Origin: Perna viridis
Taxonomy: Eukaryota
Length of the DNA stretch: 64,000 bases
Reading direction: 5' to 3'
Assembly (NCBI GenBank): GCA_037379345.1
Contig: CM074511.1
Location: 72,050,862-72,114,861, forward strand
Shown: positions 40,848 to 53,695 of the stretch, in pieces
Position numbering within the stretch: the first letter of the stretch is position 1
Layout of the letters: the number at the start of each line of letters is the position of its first letter
Position numbers and translations under genes: made by a program
The notes under the pieces: model-generated
The model's input: the letters and a program-made list of their open reading frames with translations, nothing else
Databases searched by the model: none
Told to the model about the DNA's origin: nothing

Positions 40848-42250
40848 TGTACTGGTACGTGTCAATTATATGTGTGCCTAGGTTTATACTCAATACAAGT
40901 ACCTGGATATGTACTTTTTGTAGGTTCATGTCAGATATATTTGTGCCTAGGTTTATAATCAATACATGTACCTAGATATGTACTTAATATATGTGTAGGC
41001 ACATGTCAGGTATATATTTTGTATGTGTGCCCAGGTTTAAATTTAATAGATGTGTACTTAATACATGTGTTGGTATATATTTATGTCAGATATATATAAA
41101 CTTTTAGGCAAAAAAAATTAGTATGTCTGTTTGCTGCTACCCTAGTTTTTTATGCCTACTCTAAAAAATTTATGGCTATTTTGGCTCACGCAAGTTTAGA
41201 TTGTCTCCTTATTAACTCAATCTAAAATGGTTTTTGCTAAATAAAATAATTTCCCTACCTTCTTACCCAATTTTTTTTCTTGCTGTTGGGCTGACTAATG
41301 ACCTCATTGGTGAATATGCTGATTGTAATTAGAAGAGCAGGTGTAAGGAGTCACTTACTGGGTGCTGTGGCCAACCTCCTCCTCTCTATAAATTGTACCC
41401 TCCATGTTTTAGTGATTACAGGGTCATATTTCAATTGCTATCATTATTGTAATTACCTGCTTATTTTATATTTAAATAGCTAATTTTCCAATCAGTGAAT
41501 GAGATGACATTTTTATTGGTGATAGGGTATAAATGATTTGATTAATGTGGTCAAGTGTCTATTCTCTATTGAATCTACTCTGTGTAAGACTGAGAACTTA
41601 GTATTTACATGCAGGTCACAGATATAGTATATAGTATAGACTTGCTGTGTGATGCACAAAGACTTATATGATGTTTTATGTTAATTTATTATGCTTGTAA
41701 TACCATATAAAATACAAGTGGTAGCCTGAAGCGTGCTACTATGGCATTCCATCTATGTGTGAAATATTTTAATCTGTTATTTTATAATTTTATTGTCTTT
41801 AAAAGGTCAAATTCAAAACATTGTATGACTCAAAAAATGTTTTTATTGGTTAATTTAACGTCTTTTGTGTCCAATTTAATAGTTGTCTGTTAGTTTGATA
41901 CTTTAGGATGATTTACATAAACAGATATATAATACTTATTATTGTACACAGAGTGACATCATTGGATTATGGTCTCAGATTTCAACACCTTACTGTTGTT
42001 AAGAATGTGACTGACGAAACAAAGACAGAATAACTGTTAAACTGTTAAGATAATTTAATTGTTGAAAATGTTCTGTCTAAGTTTTACTGCTCCAGTTAAC
42101 ACCAATGGGTGCATGTTGATACCCATCATCAGAAGTATATTTGATTTCTATCAAGGTAGCTGACCCTCGAGTTTTATTCCCCTGTCCCTGGCCTGGCCTT
42201 GCAGCTTATAGATGTACTGTAACAAATGAACACTTTTATGATATCCATAT

Positions 42251-42717
42251 GGTACCAGTATCGTATTGCATATCCCTGAGCGGGTGTACGTCAAAACATG
42301 GATGCTATAAAAATATAGTGCATTTTCTTTTTGCCTCTCTACAAACTAATATTTTGTCAAAAGATATGAACAATGACTTATAAAATAGAGCAAACATCAC
42401 ACTGTAAGATGAAGAACTTTTTTAAAAGAAAATCTAACATAATATCATAAAAATGTTCCACTGAAAAGGTTGGTTTGGTGAGTGCAAAACGAAAGTGAAA
42501 GTAGGGAAAATGGCTATTTATAGTTCGAGACTACTTTTCTGTCCGATCTTCGTGGACTCACCCTATTTTCTTTGCGGGAAATTATTTTTTCACATGTCCT
42601 TAGAAATGCTACATAAGTGAAAGTTTTATTGAATCAATTTACATATTTTTTTAAAAATCCTAGCAATATGCACTTCACTATAGAAGTCTATGGGAAAATT
42701 AATACGATACTGAGACC
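42251..42717 (+). mobile_element. 467-bp MITE copy B, 4-bp TSD
   Basis: Same TIRs; TSD atat/atat; about 9 substitutions versus copy A by eye. Confidence 0.92.
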
Positions 42718-45189
42718 ATATGGATAGATATGATAAACTCAGAATACTGTAGAGTTACCTCCCCTTGATAGAGTATACGATAGAGTTACTGCCCATGATA
42801 GAGTATAATATGAAGTTTAAACCTTTTGAAAGGTTATATTGTATATATACCACCCCTGTAGATAACATTAGGTAATCGTGACTTCATCAGTATTAACCCT
42901 GTTAACCTTGGGTATTAAATGGTCTATGACAATGTGAAGAACCCTAAAATGGTTGTTGACATGCAACAGTATCAGTATACCAAAGGAATCAAGCAGACTG
43001 ATGGTTATCTAACGGTAGGTATTCACTGAATTAGTCTGGCTGGAAAATTGGCCATTCATGCACCTATCATAAGGTAACCAATGTTATCATTGACTATGGT
43101 GGCTTTTCTGGATGATCAGATGTGTAACCATCCCTTTTAACCCTGTAATGACACAATAGGTCCTATCGATACTAACATCAGTACATTGTGTAAGGAATCA
43201 ACCTATAGAAATGTTTTATACAATACAGCCTGATTATACAAGTAAATAGTTGCTCTGTTTTACTGTTTCAAAGTCTTGATACAATCTCCATTACTTCTTA
43301 TTGACAATTTGTGTAACATGAAAACTTTTGTCATGGGATTTCTGTTAGATTTGTCACTTTCCCTGATAAAATCTATGTATACTGTATGAACTTAGAGAGT
43401 ACACCTTGACACTCAACAATAGAACTATCACATTTCAATGTGTTGTCCAATAGTAATTTATAAATGTCTTAATGATGTGATGCCAGGTCCTGTCAGTTCC
43501 TGTAGAGTTCTCTTCAATGAACATCAGTCTTTGCCATATAAAATTCTGACAACAAGCTCAAGCTCAAACATTTTAATGAACTTATGTAGCAATCATTGGC
43601 ATGTTAGCAAAATTCTGCAAGCCCACCAGCATTTTTATCGAGAATCTGTAATATCATTATTCGTCACTAGAATTGGGATTAAGACGATTCAATTGTGTTG
43701 TAATTTCAGTATAATTAATACATATGTAATGTTCAAATCTTATGCAAGATGAGTTCTGTTTTGATCTTATTTAATCTTGACACTAAGACGCTGCATGTGA
43801 CCTTGGTTTATGAGAATCAGGATACTACCTATATAACCAGGGCCCAGTCTGCTTGATTAGACCCTTTCTTCTGATACATCATTGTATACCAATTTAATTA
43901 TCTATCTAGGTTTAGTCGTAACACTTTGTAGAATTTTCTTCTCCATTGACCTTAGTTATCAAATCATTTAATGTTCTTCCCAAACCTTTTAATTAGCGAG
44001 TTATATATTTTTCCTGCCTGTTGACCATAAATACCATTGTATAATTGTATAGATAGTTTGATGGTCACTGGGTAGACGTTATCTGTATAGGGGGATAAAG
44101 TATCACATGATTATGATGGTCATTGATGGCATGATTTACTGAGGTGATGGGTTTTAACAATGTACTTTATCCCTCTGATGGTTATCAGGATGTTAACTAC
44201 CCCTGGTGTGTACTCAGTTCACCTACTAACAGATGGACAGATTGAACTAAGGACATGGTAGATCTAATTCTTCTTTGAGGAGATTGTTTTGTTCCTTTTA
44301 TAAAAAAAAAACAACCTCATTACACTTCATACTGTTATTATATTCTTTGTTTTTTTTTCACCTTATTTTTTTTTACTTATAGTAGTATTGCTTATTCATT
44401 TTATCTTCTGTCTTATATACTAGTATTGTGTCTATGCAGGGTTAGATTGGACATATGATTGTTGTTGTCAGTCCATCATTTACATTATGTATTATAACTC
44501 AACTCTACCAGTTGTCATTAAATTTTGATGAATTGCTTTGCTCTGTTTTCAATTTTTATAAAGTTCCAGTTAAGCAGTATTTTTTTATAGAACTTTTTAT
44601 ACAGAGAGGACTTCCTATTTTCTGATTGTAACTCAAAATCATTCCCAGAAATTTTGATTCCACATTTTGTTCTGTTAATATCCGTTCCATACCTCCCACT
44701 TGTGTTTTGAGTGATGCATATTGTGGGAGCATGTTTTTGTGAGCATTGCTCTTAATTAGCAAATAGTTCATGATACTGAGTGTCATGTGGTATTATAAGG
44801 ATCCGTTCTGTAGCCTCAAAATCATATGGACCAACCATTCCATATATTTCAGTTTGATGAAAAGTAGCATGAACTATTTGCTATATTATACTTTTTATAT
44901 ATAGTTTACTCTTGAACTTTGTGGAAAAAAAAGAGAAAACATACATAAATTATTATGTATAACTTAACTATATTATGATATCAAAGTGAGGCAGTCCATA
45001 CGACATTATATGGACTGGCAATTTTATCATAAAAGGTACACAAATAAAAATCTTATAAGTTTTCACCTTATGATATATATATAGATGAGCTTAAATGGGA
45101 CTACAAATCATATGTTTTAAAATATTTATTGCATTTTAATATATAAGTGTCTTTCCTGATAAAGTGCCCATCTTTGGTAAATGTCTGTT

Positions 45190-46030
45190 AGCTTAATATA
45201 CCCACTATTACATGTATCAGCTTCCAATATACCCACTGTTGCATGTATCATCTTCCAATATACCCACTATTGCATGTATCATCTTCCAATATACCTGATA
45301 TTACATGTATCATCTTCCAATATACCCACTATTGCATGTATCATCTTCCAATATACCTGATATTACATGTATCAGCTTCCAATATACCCACTATTACATG
45401 TATCAGCTTCCAATATACCCACTGTTGCATGCATCACAGTCCAATATACCTGATATTGCATGTATCAACTTCCAATATACCCGCTATTGCATTTATTAGC
45501 TTCCAATATACCCACTATAACATGTATCATCTTCCAATATACCCGCTGTTGCATGTATCAGCTTCCAATATACCCACTATTGCATGTATCAGCTTCCAAT
45601 ATACCCACTATTACATGTATCATCTTCCAATATACCTGATATTGCATGTATCAGCTTCCAATGTACCCACTATTGCATGCATCATAGTCCAATATACCTG
45701 ATATTGCATGTATCAACTTCCAATATACCCGCTATTGCATTTATTAGCTTCCAATATACCTACTATAACATGTATCATCTTCCAATATACCCGCTATTGC
45801 ATGTATCAGCTTCCAATATACCCACTATTACATGTATCATCTTCCAATATACCTGATATTGCATGTATCAGCTTCCAATATACCCACTATTGCATGTATC
45901 ATCTTCCAATATACCCACTATTACATGTATCATCTTCCAATATACCCACTATTGCACGTATCATCTTCCAATATACCCACTATTACATGTATCATCTTCC
46001 AATATACCCACTATTGCATGCATCACAGTA
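45190..46030. repeat. Minisatellite, 31-bp unit (atgtatcatcttccaatatacccactattgc), ~27 copies, with a 248-bp (8-mer) internal duplication
   Basis: Period 45243 to 45274; the variant block at 45429 recurs at 45677. Confidence 0.96.
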
Positions 46031-47057
46031 ACCTATAAATGTGGTGTAAAGACAGAACATAGCCTACCTACAGTCCATTCCACTGGAGAACCAACTTTTA
46101 CAACATGATAACAGAAAAATTGCATGGTTTTTGCATTTTAAAACTCTTAAATAATATAATGACAAAAAATAAAATCAAGTTATGTCAATCTCATTTAGAT
46201 AAACTACTGTATGAAAATAATTAAAATTAAAATTACAGGATTAAAAAGCCACATGTGTGACAGTGAATAATTGGTCTTACAGATGTATTTATTATTCAAA
46301 TCCTTGGATAGCCTTTGTAGTTAAAGGATAGAAAAAACTAATTTGATCAATAACCATACTAAAGGTTGTGAATTCAAGTACAATTAGCAATAAAATTCTG
46401 GTAGCATATTGTCCCACTAAAAAAAAATAAATCATGTCATTAAAAGTATGACATGGTTAAGTATTTTAGATATAACTGTGTGGGTAACATCTGGGACCTG
46501 ATCTATTACTGTGTAGTGTACAATCTATTACTCTATAGTGTACAATATTGTTTGTACTTACAGTAAGATTGAATGCTCTGATATATTACAATATAGTGTA
46601 CAATATTGTTGATGTAAATATAATTTTTGTTGCAATGTTCAGTAGTTAGTGAATGAGGTAATGATCATAAGATAAGTACAAATATTGGTAATGTTATGTA
46701 AATGGTGATTTTTATGGTTTAAGCCTTGTTGTATAAGATTTTAACCTAAGTAAACAAGTATTATTTGGCTATTGGTAACAGAGTATTGAGAGTCTAATAA
46801 AGACTGTAAATCTCACACTGTCAGACCAGACAGCAAACAAATGTCAATGTTTAATCTTTTATTAACTTGCTCAATTTTATGATGTTTTGTCAGTTTAAAA
46901 GCTTATGGTTATACATGTAGTTATCATCATTTTCAAAGCTCTTATTTTTATACTAGATTTTTTTTGGAGTTTGTTTTCATAATGGAAATTTCCACCAAAA
47001 TTGCAACCTTTTTGTAAAAAAATCTATTTGCTATTTTAAAGCATAAGAATATTTCCC

Positions 47058-47320
47058 CTGCAACTCCCTGCCTTAATCTACTTGTGATGAACTCCCTTCT
47101 TCCCCCTGCCTTAATCTACCCGGGATGCACTCCTGTCATTCCCCAGACATAATCTACTTGTGATGCACTCCCTTCTTCCCCCTGCCTAACCCTAACCCCA
47201 ACCCTTGGGATGCACTCCTGTCATTCCCCAGCCTTAATCTACTCATAATGCACTCCTGTCATTCCCCGTCTAAATCTACCCGGGATGCACTCTGGCCATA
47301 CCCTTGCCTAAATCTACTAA
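47058..47320. repeat. Minisatellite, ~38-bp unit (ccttaatctac...gatgcactcc...ttcccc), ~6 copies
   Basis: Direct inspection. Confidence 0.8.
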
Positions 47321-47659
47321 GGACGATCTTTTCCTGGAATGACCATTTGATACTCTTTTCCCCTTCTTTTCTTTATACACATGAAATTATTATGATTTTT
47401 TGCCTTTAGAGGTATGTCATTAATTTGCATATTGTCAAATTTGATGGATCTGTTTTGATTTTAAAGAGTTATAGGTCAAGTTTTAAGTGGTCATTTCTCA
47501 AATGGTGGTGAAAAAGTTAATACATTATAAATTGTTAATCCACTTGAAAGAGAATCTATGTTGGCGACAGGAGAAGTGAATGTCCCACATACAACCCGTC
47601 ACTATTGTTATACTGTCTATGATAAAAAGTGTTTCAGAATATTAATAATAGTCATCTAT

Positions 47660-48255
47660 TCTGAGGTCCCTATTGTCTCCTACAATAACACAACTTCCAG
47701 TAAAATTGTTTAACTATAGTTAAGCATCGCAGGACCTAATCTAAAAGTGTACCTAGGGAACCCCATGACTTGTTACTGTGCCAAATTTCCTTTCTTCTTG
47801 CCATGTCATCACTGGTGATCTCAAACTTATTCAAAATAAGAATATCCATAAAGTGATATCTCATGGCCTGAAGATATGAAAATTGCGACAAGTAAACTGG
47901 TACCATAATTTTAGTATAATAGACACAGTTGAAGATTGTGCAAGAGCATGGATAAAGAGAGAGAAGGAACAGGAACTTCATTCACTGTCAGATTATGTTA
48001 AAGCAATTAGGTTTTTGGTATAGCATCACATTTGCAACCTCGAGCACTGCATGAATGATATTTAACCTAAATCAGTATTCATAGACAGAGAAGCTACAAA
48101 ATGTCTCTTCTTCCTTAATGAGAAATTTTGTTGTTGTCCTTGCGGACAAAGCCTCCAACAACATTATTTTTGTATGTAAAGCTTATTACTATGACTACTG
48201 AATAAAAGAACTAAGAACAAACCGTAATTCAGGTAAACCAACATACACACACACA
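47660..48255 (+). pseudogene. Decayed internal fragment of a Naiad-type Penelope-like ORF (CxC linker and N-terminal RT region)
   Basis: Manual translation across frameshifts and stops: EVPIVSY.. TCYCAKFPF / HVITGDLKLIQNK.. VNWYHNFSIIDTVEDCARAWIKRE..LSDYVKAIR.. SVFIDRE.. / FVVVLADKASNNIIFVCKAYYY..IKEL..GKPTY. DK..N is the conserved PLE RT motif. Confidence 0.8.
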
Positions 48256-50419
48256 CAGTATATTTTGGCTTAACCCACCATTTCCATTGAATGGTAGTTG
48301 ATATTATTTAGAACCAATAAACTGAACTAAGCAGAGGGTTATGAGTGGGATTGGTAGTTAGGTACTTTATTTTATTATTAGATAAATTAATTTAGGGCAC
48401 TCAGCATTTTGAATTTATTTTCTGTGTCTATTTGTAGTTTATTGGATATTTGAATATTTACATATTATCTTTCATTTTGACATCCTGCTGGTCATAAAAA
48501 TAAACATCCTGTTTAAAAATTCATTGATTGCCTCAACACTCATTACCAGTATCTTTAAATTGCTTTTTTCCTTCTTTATAGTTCAGATTGGGTGTCCTTA
48601 ATATTTTCGAAAAATGACAAGTGAAAAGTGTTTTGAATATGTAAACTGGAGTTGATTCCCGAGTGTCTCTGAACAAAGCAGATTTCACTCTCTATTTTGC
48701 TGTATAGTAAATTTTTATATATCATATATATATGCGGTTATATTTTATCTCCTGTTTTTCTATGAAGGGGGAAACCTTTTTGTTCATCTTATTTCTACTT
48801 TAATCAGACAATTTTTCAGTGTGGTGTAAACTGTTTTATAAACATAGGAACCATGGTAATTATCTTTTAGTAGCTATAAGACATCTATTTATTATATTTA
48901 AAACTAAATTGTTTAGATTTTCACCATTTTTAGGTAATTAAGAAATTTTGACATTCCATAGGTCATAGTTACGTGACTCTTTCTGAAGGAGTCCTGTTAA
49001 CTTTTATCATTTTCTGGAGTGGTGTAAATCATTTACCCCTCCTTAATACAATAAAATCTTGGTCTGTTTTTGTTATTTTATTAGTATTTCCAAACAGGTA
49101 TTGTGTTACTATCTTGATTTATCAGTGTTTGTCTCAGTCTTACCTGTTACAGGTGAAACAGTTCTGAAAAATCTAATGGTGAAATCCTTATTTACTGGAC
49201 AACCAGTTTATCTTGGATCTTGCCTATAGGTGGCAAAATTGATGAAATTGTTATCAGCCTTTTATAATCATTCAATGGTATTATAAATATTGTAAAACCT
49301 AAGTCAATATGGACATCTTAAGACTGAACTATGGCCACCATCAAAGCAGGGTATAGACTAGTTAGTTTGTATAGGGATAAGATAACTTTAGTTTGATGGT
49401 CTTATAAAAATCTGAGAGGTCACTTTAAATTGTCATAATGACTGTTAGTTTTCCCAGACACTGTAGTTTATCAGCAAGTAACATCAGAGAAATAACCTGG
49501 AGTTAGCTTGTTCATCCTACTCAAGAAAGATAAGGGTAAATTCCTCAATCTCACCCCTTTTATATCCCCTCTTATAAATATAAATTAATCAAATTTTGAG
49601 AATTTACATAAATTAGACTGATGAGGATCAAAAAGGAATTAAAGAGAAAAATGATAGATATTTTTTTCTTTGCTGCTCATTATAATGGAAGTATAATTTA
49701 GTATCTTCCATAATTCCTTAAACGGTTAATTTTTGGTACCTACCAGTAATACACTGTTTTGTTTTCACTTTCAGTTTACTTTTATGTTGCTGGAGTATAT
49801 AAGGGCAACTATTTCAATGTACCTATGTATTATGTTGTCTTTGGGCCAGCTGCAGTCTACTCTGTAGTCTGTGGGGTTCACCATTGTTCATTGAAGACTC
49901 ATTGAAGGGTAGCCTTAAGTTGACATTTTTCATCCTGGTAGGGTTGTTGTCTCTTTGACATGTTCTCCTAATATTGACCAACCATTAGTATTGAAATGAA
50001 CTGGAATAAAATGGAACTTTGTTTATAAACACCTTTTGTCTGACTATTGTCCGGCCCTTTAAGCTACATAGGAAACAATGAAATATATTTTGTCTAATTT
50101 TTACTTACACAAGAAAAACACAATAGAGATGTACCCTACACCACAATTTCTTGGAACCTGATACTTTTACAATGACTTCCTCCATTTTGTTTTACATTCT
50201 TCCCTTATTGAGTATAATGTGACCATTGTTGTAATAAACCCTGTTGACACACACTCCCCACTGTAGCTTACCTATTAAACTCCATTTAAAGAACTGATAT
50301 TGCCACTAAAAAGCGAAATCATAATAAAAATCTTAGGTCACAATTATAAAAAGACCTGTTCTGGATCAAAACACCTTTACTAGTAATACTTAACTATTGT
50401 TAATTGTCTAAGATTACAT

Positions 50420-50490
50420 TTAAGTTTTAGGGACATAGGTGATTTCTGGTCTAAGTTTTAGGGACATAGGTGATTTCTGGTCTAAGTTTA
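50420..50490. repeat. Short tandem duplication of taagttttagggacataggtgatttctggtc
   Basis: Two adjacent identical copies. Confidence 0.85.
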
Positions 50491-51049
50491 AGTGTAGAAT
50501 AATACCTACAGACCAGAAAATCATCCCAGTGTAAATCTCCAATTAATGGATGTCTGAAAACCAATTCATAGTAGGTTTTATGATCCGATTTTTCACAGGT
50601 GATGACTTTCTGGATCATCTGTTAGTAGTTAAAGAAATAAATGATTGTCTGTGTTAAGTCATATATGATTCTTGTCAGATATTACTACAATTGACATAAG
50701 TGTTTAAATCTTTTGATGTCTTCTCTTCAACATCATTTTTTCTGCTTCGCATGTTAATGTACTAGAGAGGTGTGTGACAGATTTATCTGTTTGTCAGACA
50801 ATGTCTTAACATTGTCCCACAGGGGCTTTAATATTGCATCTTTCCAGTGATTATTTTAGTACCCCATTTTTAGGTTTTAACAATGTTTGCTATTTGCTTT
50901 GTCCATCTGTTACTTTTATGTCTTTCAAGTTAAACAACTAATGATTGAATATGTTAATGGTAAAACAGTTTGTTTAGGCAAAAGTGAGCAAGTTTAATAT
51001 TTCTGTTATGTTGCCACTCAACCTATACTGAGTAATTAAATTTTTGCCA

Positions 51050-51322
51050 CTTCTCCTATCTTGAGCCTATAAGGTTGTGCCTTCCACCAATCCTTACCAT
51101 TACCTATCCCGAGTCTACAAGGTTGTGCCCTTTATCTATCCTGAGTCTATAAGGTAGTGCCCTCCACATATCCTGAGTCTACATAGTTGTGCCCTTTACC
51201 TTTTCTAAGGTTGCAAGATTAGGCCCTCTACATGTCCTAAGCTTACCAAGTTGTGCCCTCTACCTATACTAAACTAACAAAGTTGTACTCTCTACAATGT
51301 TGTGTCACTCAACCTATCCTGC
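51050..51322. repeat. Degenerate ~32-bp minisatellite (ctatcctgag.ctacaaggttgtgccctc), resumes at 52225-52560
   Basis: The same motif flanks the retroelement on both sides. Confidence 0.8.
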
Positions 51323-51338
51323 CTGCACCTGCCATTAA

Positions 51339-52200
51339 AGAGTAATCAAGGGAACCAAGGTTATAGCAGCAGTGAAAAGAATGTAATCCAGGGACAAAGA
51401 CCAGACATGGAAAACAGACATACACAACAAATAACATAAAGTAATAAAATCATACATACAAAGTAACAAAAGCAAATGAGCAACTCGGACTCCACTAAAA
51501 ACTGGGAGCATGGACCAGGTGCACCGGTAGGGTAAGCGTCCTCTGCTTTTCTAGATACACCGGCCGAGTTGCTCATAAAAAGTCAAGTCCGGGGTGGACA
51601 AACGAGGAAAGGAAAACTATGACCCGTTGAATAAATCAGTTTTCATGGTGCAGATGGATACACCATAACGATCCATGAGTTCATGATGATGACCATAAAA
51701 CTTCTGTAGTGATGACTTCAATCTTGTCGCAACATAACCCTGTTCCAGAAGCCTATTTGTTCGAGTTCTAGTGCGATACAAAAAGTCTGCGTAGTTTCGG
51801 CAAGCTCTGGCATAATGTATGAGTTGTGATATGAACACTCCATACGCAGGTGCCGAAAGGAAAGTTGACAATTCTGAATGAAAAGTCATCACATTTGTCG
51901 TAAAGTTTGGTCAATAGTTTTCCTTTACCATCGATTTTTATGTGTAGGTCAAGATATGAGGCTGACTTCAGTATCCTTTATCTCAAGTTCTTTTGGGTAG
52001 ATGCAATGTAACAAATCCCCGAAATTAGTATTTTTTAAAGATAATACGTCATCTATATAGCGGAAACTGAGATTGAAGGATCTAGCCAAACGATATTCTT
52101 TCTTTCTGATCAGATCGGCTATAAAGTCAGCCTCATAAGATTGAAGGAATAGATCAGCAAGTAAAGGAACACAATTCGTTCCCATTGGGATGGCGATCGT
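51339..52200 (-). mobile_element. Penelope-like (Naiad-type) retroelement, 5'-truncated: RT core to C-terminus plus 3' UTR
   Basis: Frameshifted RT: IPMGTNCVPLLADLFLQSYE..FRYIDDVLS..YPKELEIKDT / SASYLDL..TKLYDK.DDFSFRIVNFPF / APAYGVFISQLIHYARAC..YGVSICTMKTDLF*. The RT ends with no C-terminal GIY-YIG, consistent with the N-terminal-endonuclease Naiad clade. Confidence 0.9.
51617..52200 (-). pseudogene. Reverse transcriptase fragment (YIDD catalytic motif), frameshifted
   Basis: ORFs 51949-52185 and 51617-51892 are pieces of one broken RT ORF. Confidence 0.88.
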
Positions 52201-53481
52201 TTTAAATTTTGCTCTCCGCCTTTCCTAAGATTATAAGGTGGTGCCCTCCACCTTATCATCAAGTTGCAAGATTGAGCCTTCCACCTATTCTAAGTGAAAC
52301 TTTGAAAATTACTTTTTTAACATGTAAAGTAATGGAAATGTTAGAAGTGGTTAGTGAGACCTAAGATTACAAAGTTGTGCCTTCCACATATACTGAGCCC
52401 ATAATGTTGTCCTGCACCTACTATTGAATTGTAGCCTAGCTTCATTTATCCTGAGCTTACAAGGTTATGCCATTCTTCCTGTCCTGAGCATACAAGGTTA
52501 TGCCTCTCAACCTGTCCCGAGCTTACAAGGTTATGCCACTCTACCTAGCTTGAGCTTAAGTTTATTACATTTTGATGAATTTCGGGGTCATACTAAGATA
52601 AAATGTTTGTTAGAATGTATGAGTTGGTCAATTTAGAAGTTATTGAGAACAATGTATTGTTTCTATCACATCTGTTACACTATTAGATTTAATTACTTGT
52701 TACAGTTAGTCACTGAGGTTGTAAGACCATGGTTCCAGAGACTGAACACTTCACACACACTCAGTATACTTCTCTTTGAGTAGTTCATATAAATATTGTA
52801 AATATGTTTGTTATTAAATTATTATGATGAATACTTAATGGCATGACTTTTTTTTGTATTGATCATATTTGTCATGTAAAGGAAAGGATATATGGGTACT
52901 TGAATGGATAAAGAAATGAAGTAAAATTAGTAACAGTGCATTGCAGATAACATGTATAGAAAGGTAAACACTGAATTCTGTCGTTTCTCGGTTTTCATAA
53001 TATGCAGATAAGGGGTGGTAAAATATTCAACTTAAAGAAAAGTCAATAAGATCTAAAATGTTGACTTAATTCAATTTTTTAAAAGTTTAAATTATTCAAG
53101 TGAAATTGAATGTGTCCAATGAAATTGATGTACTAGCAAGCAGTACATTTATGAATGAAAAAAGGGAGTGGTATGAATCTAGGTCAGTGTAAATATTGGA
53201 TTAAAAAGTAAGGTGATAAAATAGAATGTAGGTAACTACAGGTACATTATTGGGGAGGTCTATTGTCATATAAATATTTTGGCGGGAAATATTACTCTGC
53301 TCCTGGCAATATGAAAGAAAAGATTAGACAATCTAAGATTGTGATCATGAATGACCTGTCAGTTTGACCACTGATCATAGATCACCCCAAAATCACTACT
53401 GTCCACTGAGGTCATGATCACAGGTGTGGGGTTCACTGATTCTTCTTTGTGAATGTTACTTGAATATTAAATGTTTTATAC

Positions 53482-53695
53482 TAGGGATGGATCCAGGATT
53501 TGGATTGGGGGGGGGGGGGGGGGGCGGAGCGTTAATTGAATTAAATGCCGTGCAAAGCAAGGCACAACATATGGGGTGAAACTTGTGGTTAAAAAAAAAA
53601 TAAGATTTCATGTAAACATTTTTTTCTTACCAATTTAAGGTGGGGGGTGGGGGGGGGGCGTATATCTGACACGCCCGTCCTCAGATCTGCGCGTG
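53482..53695. mobile_element. G-rich MITE with degenerate TIR, 5-bp TSD
   Basis: tagggatggatccagg ... agatctgcgcgtg; flanks tatac/tatac; internal poly-G runs. Confidence 0.7.

Noticed and set aside
45243-46108. Cys/His/Tyr-rich repetitive protein ORFs
   Set aside because: The 31-bp unit is not a multiple of 3, so the same peptide cycles through all frames.
48190-48215. In-frame TGA in the Naiad fragment as selenocysteine (selenoprotein Naiads are known in clams)
   Set aside because: The TGA falls where I expect Leu, the fragment also has TAG/TAA stops and frameshifts, and the 3' UTR ATGA lacks SECIS apical AA spacing.
51361-51576. 71-aa ORF MSNSAGVSRKAEDAYPTGAPG...
   Set aside because: Lies in the retroelement 3' UTR; the other copies differ by indels in this segment, so there is no support for a conserved reading frame.
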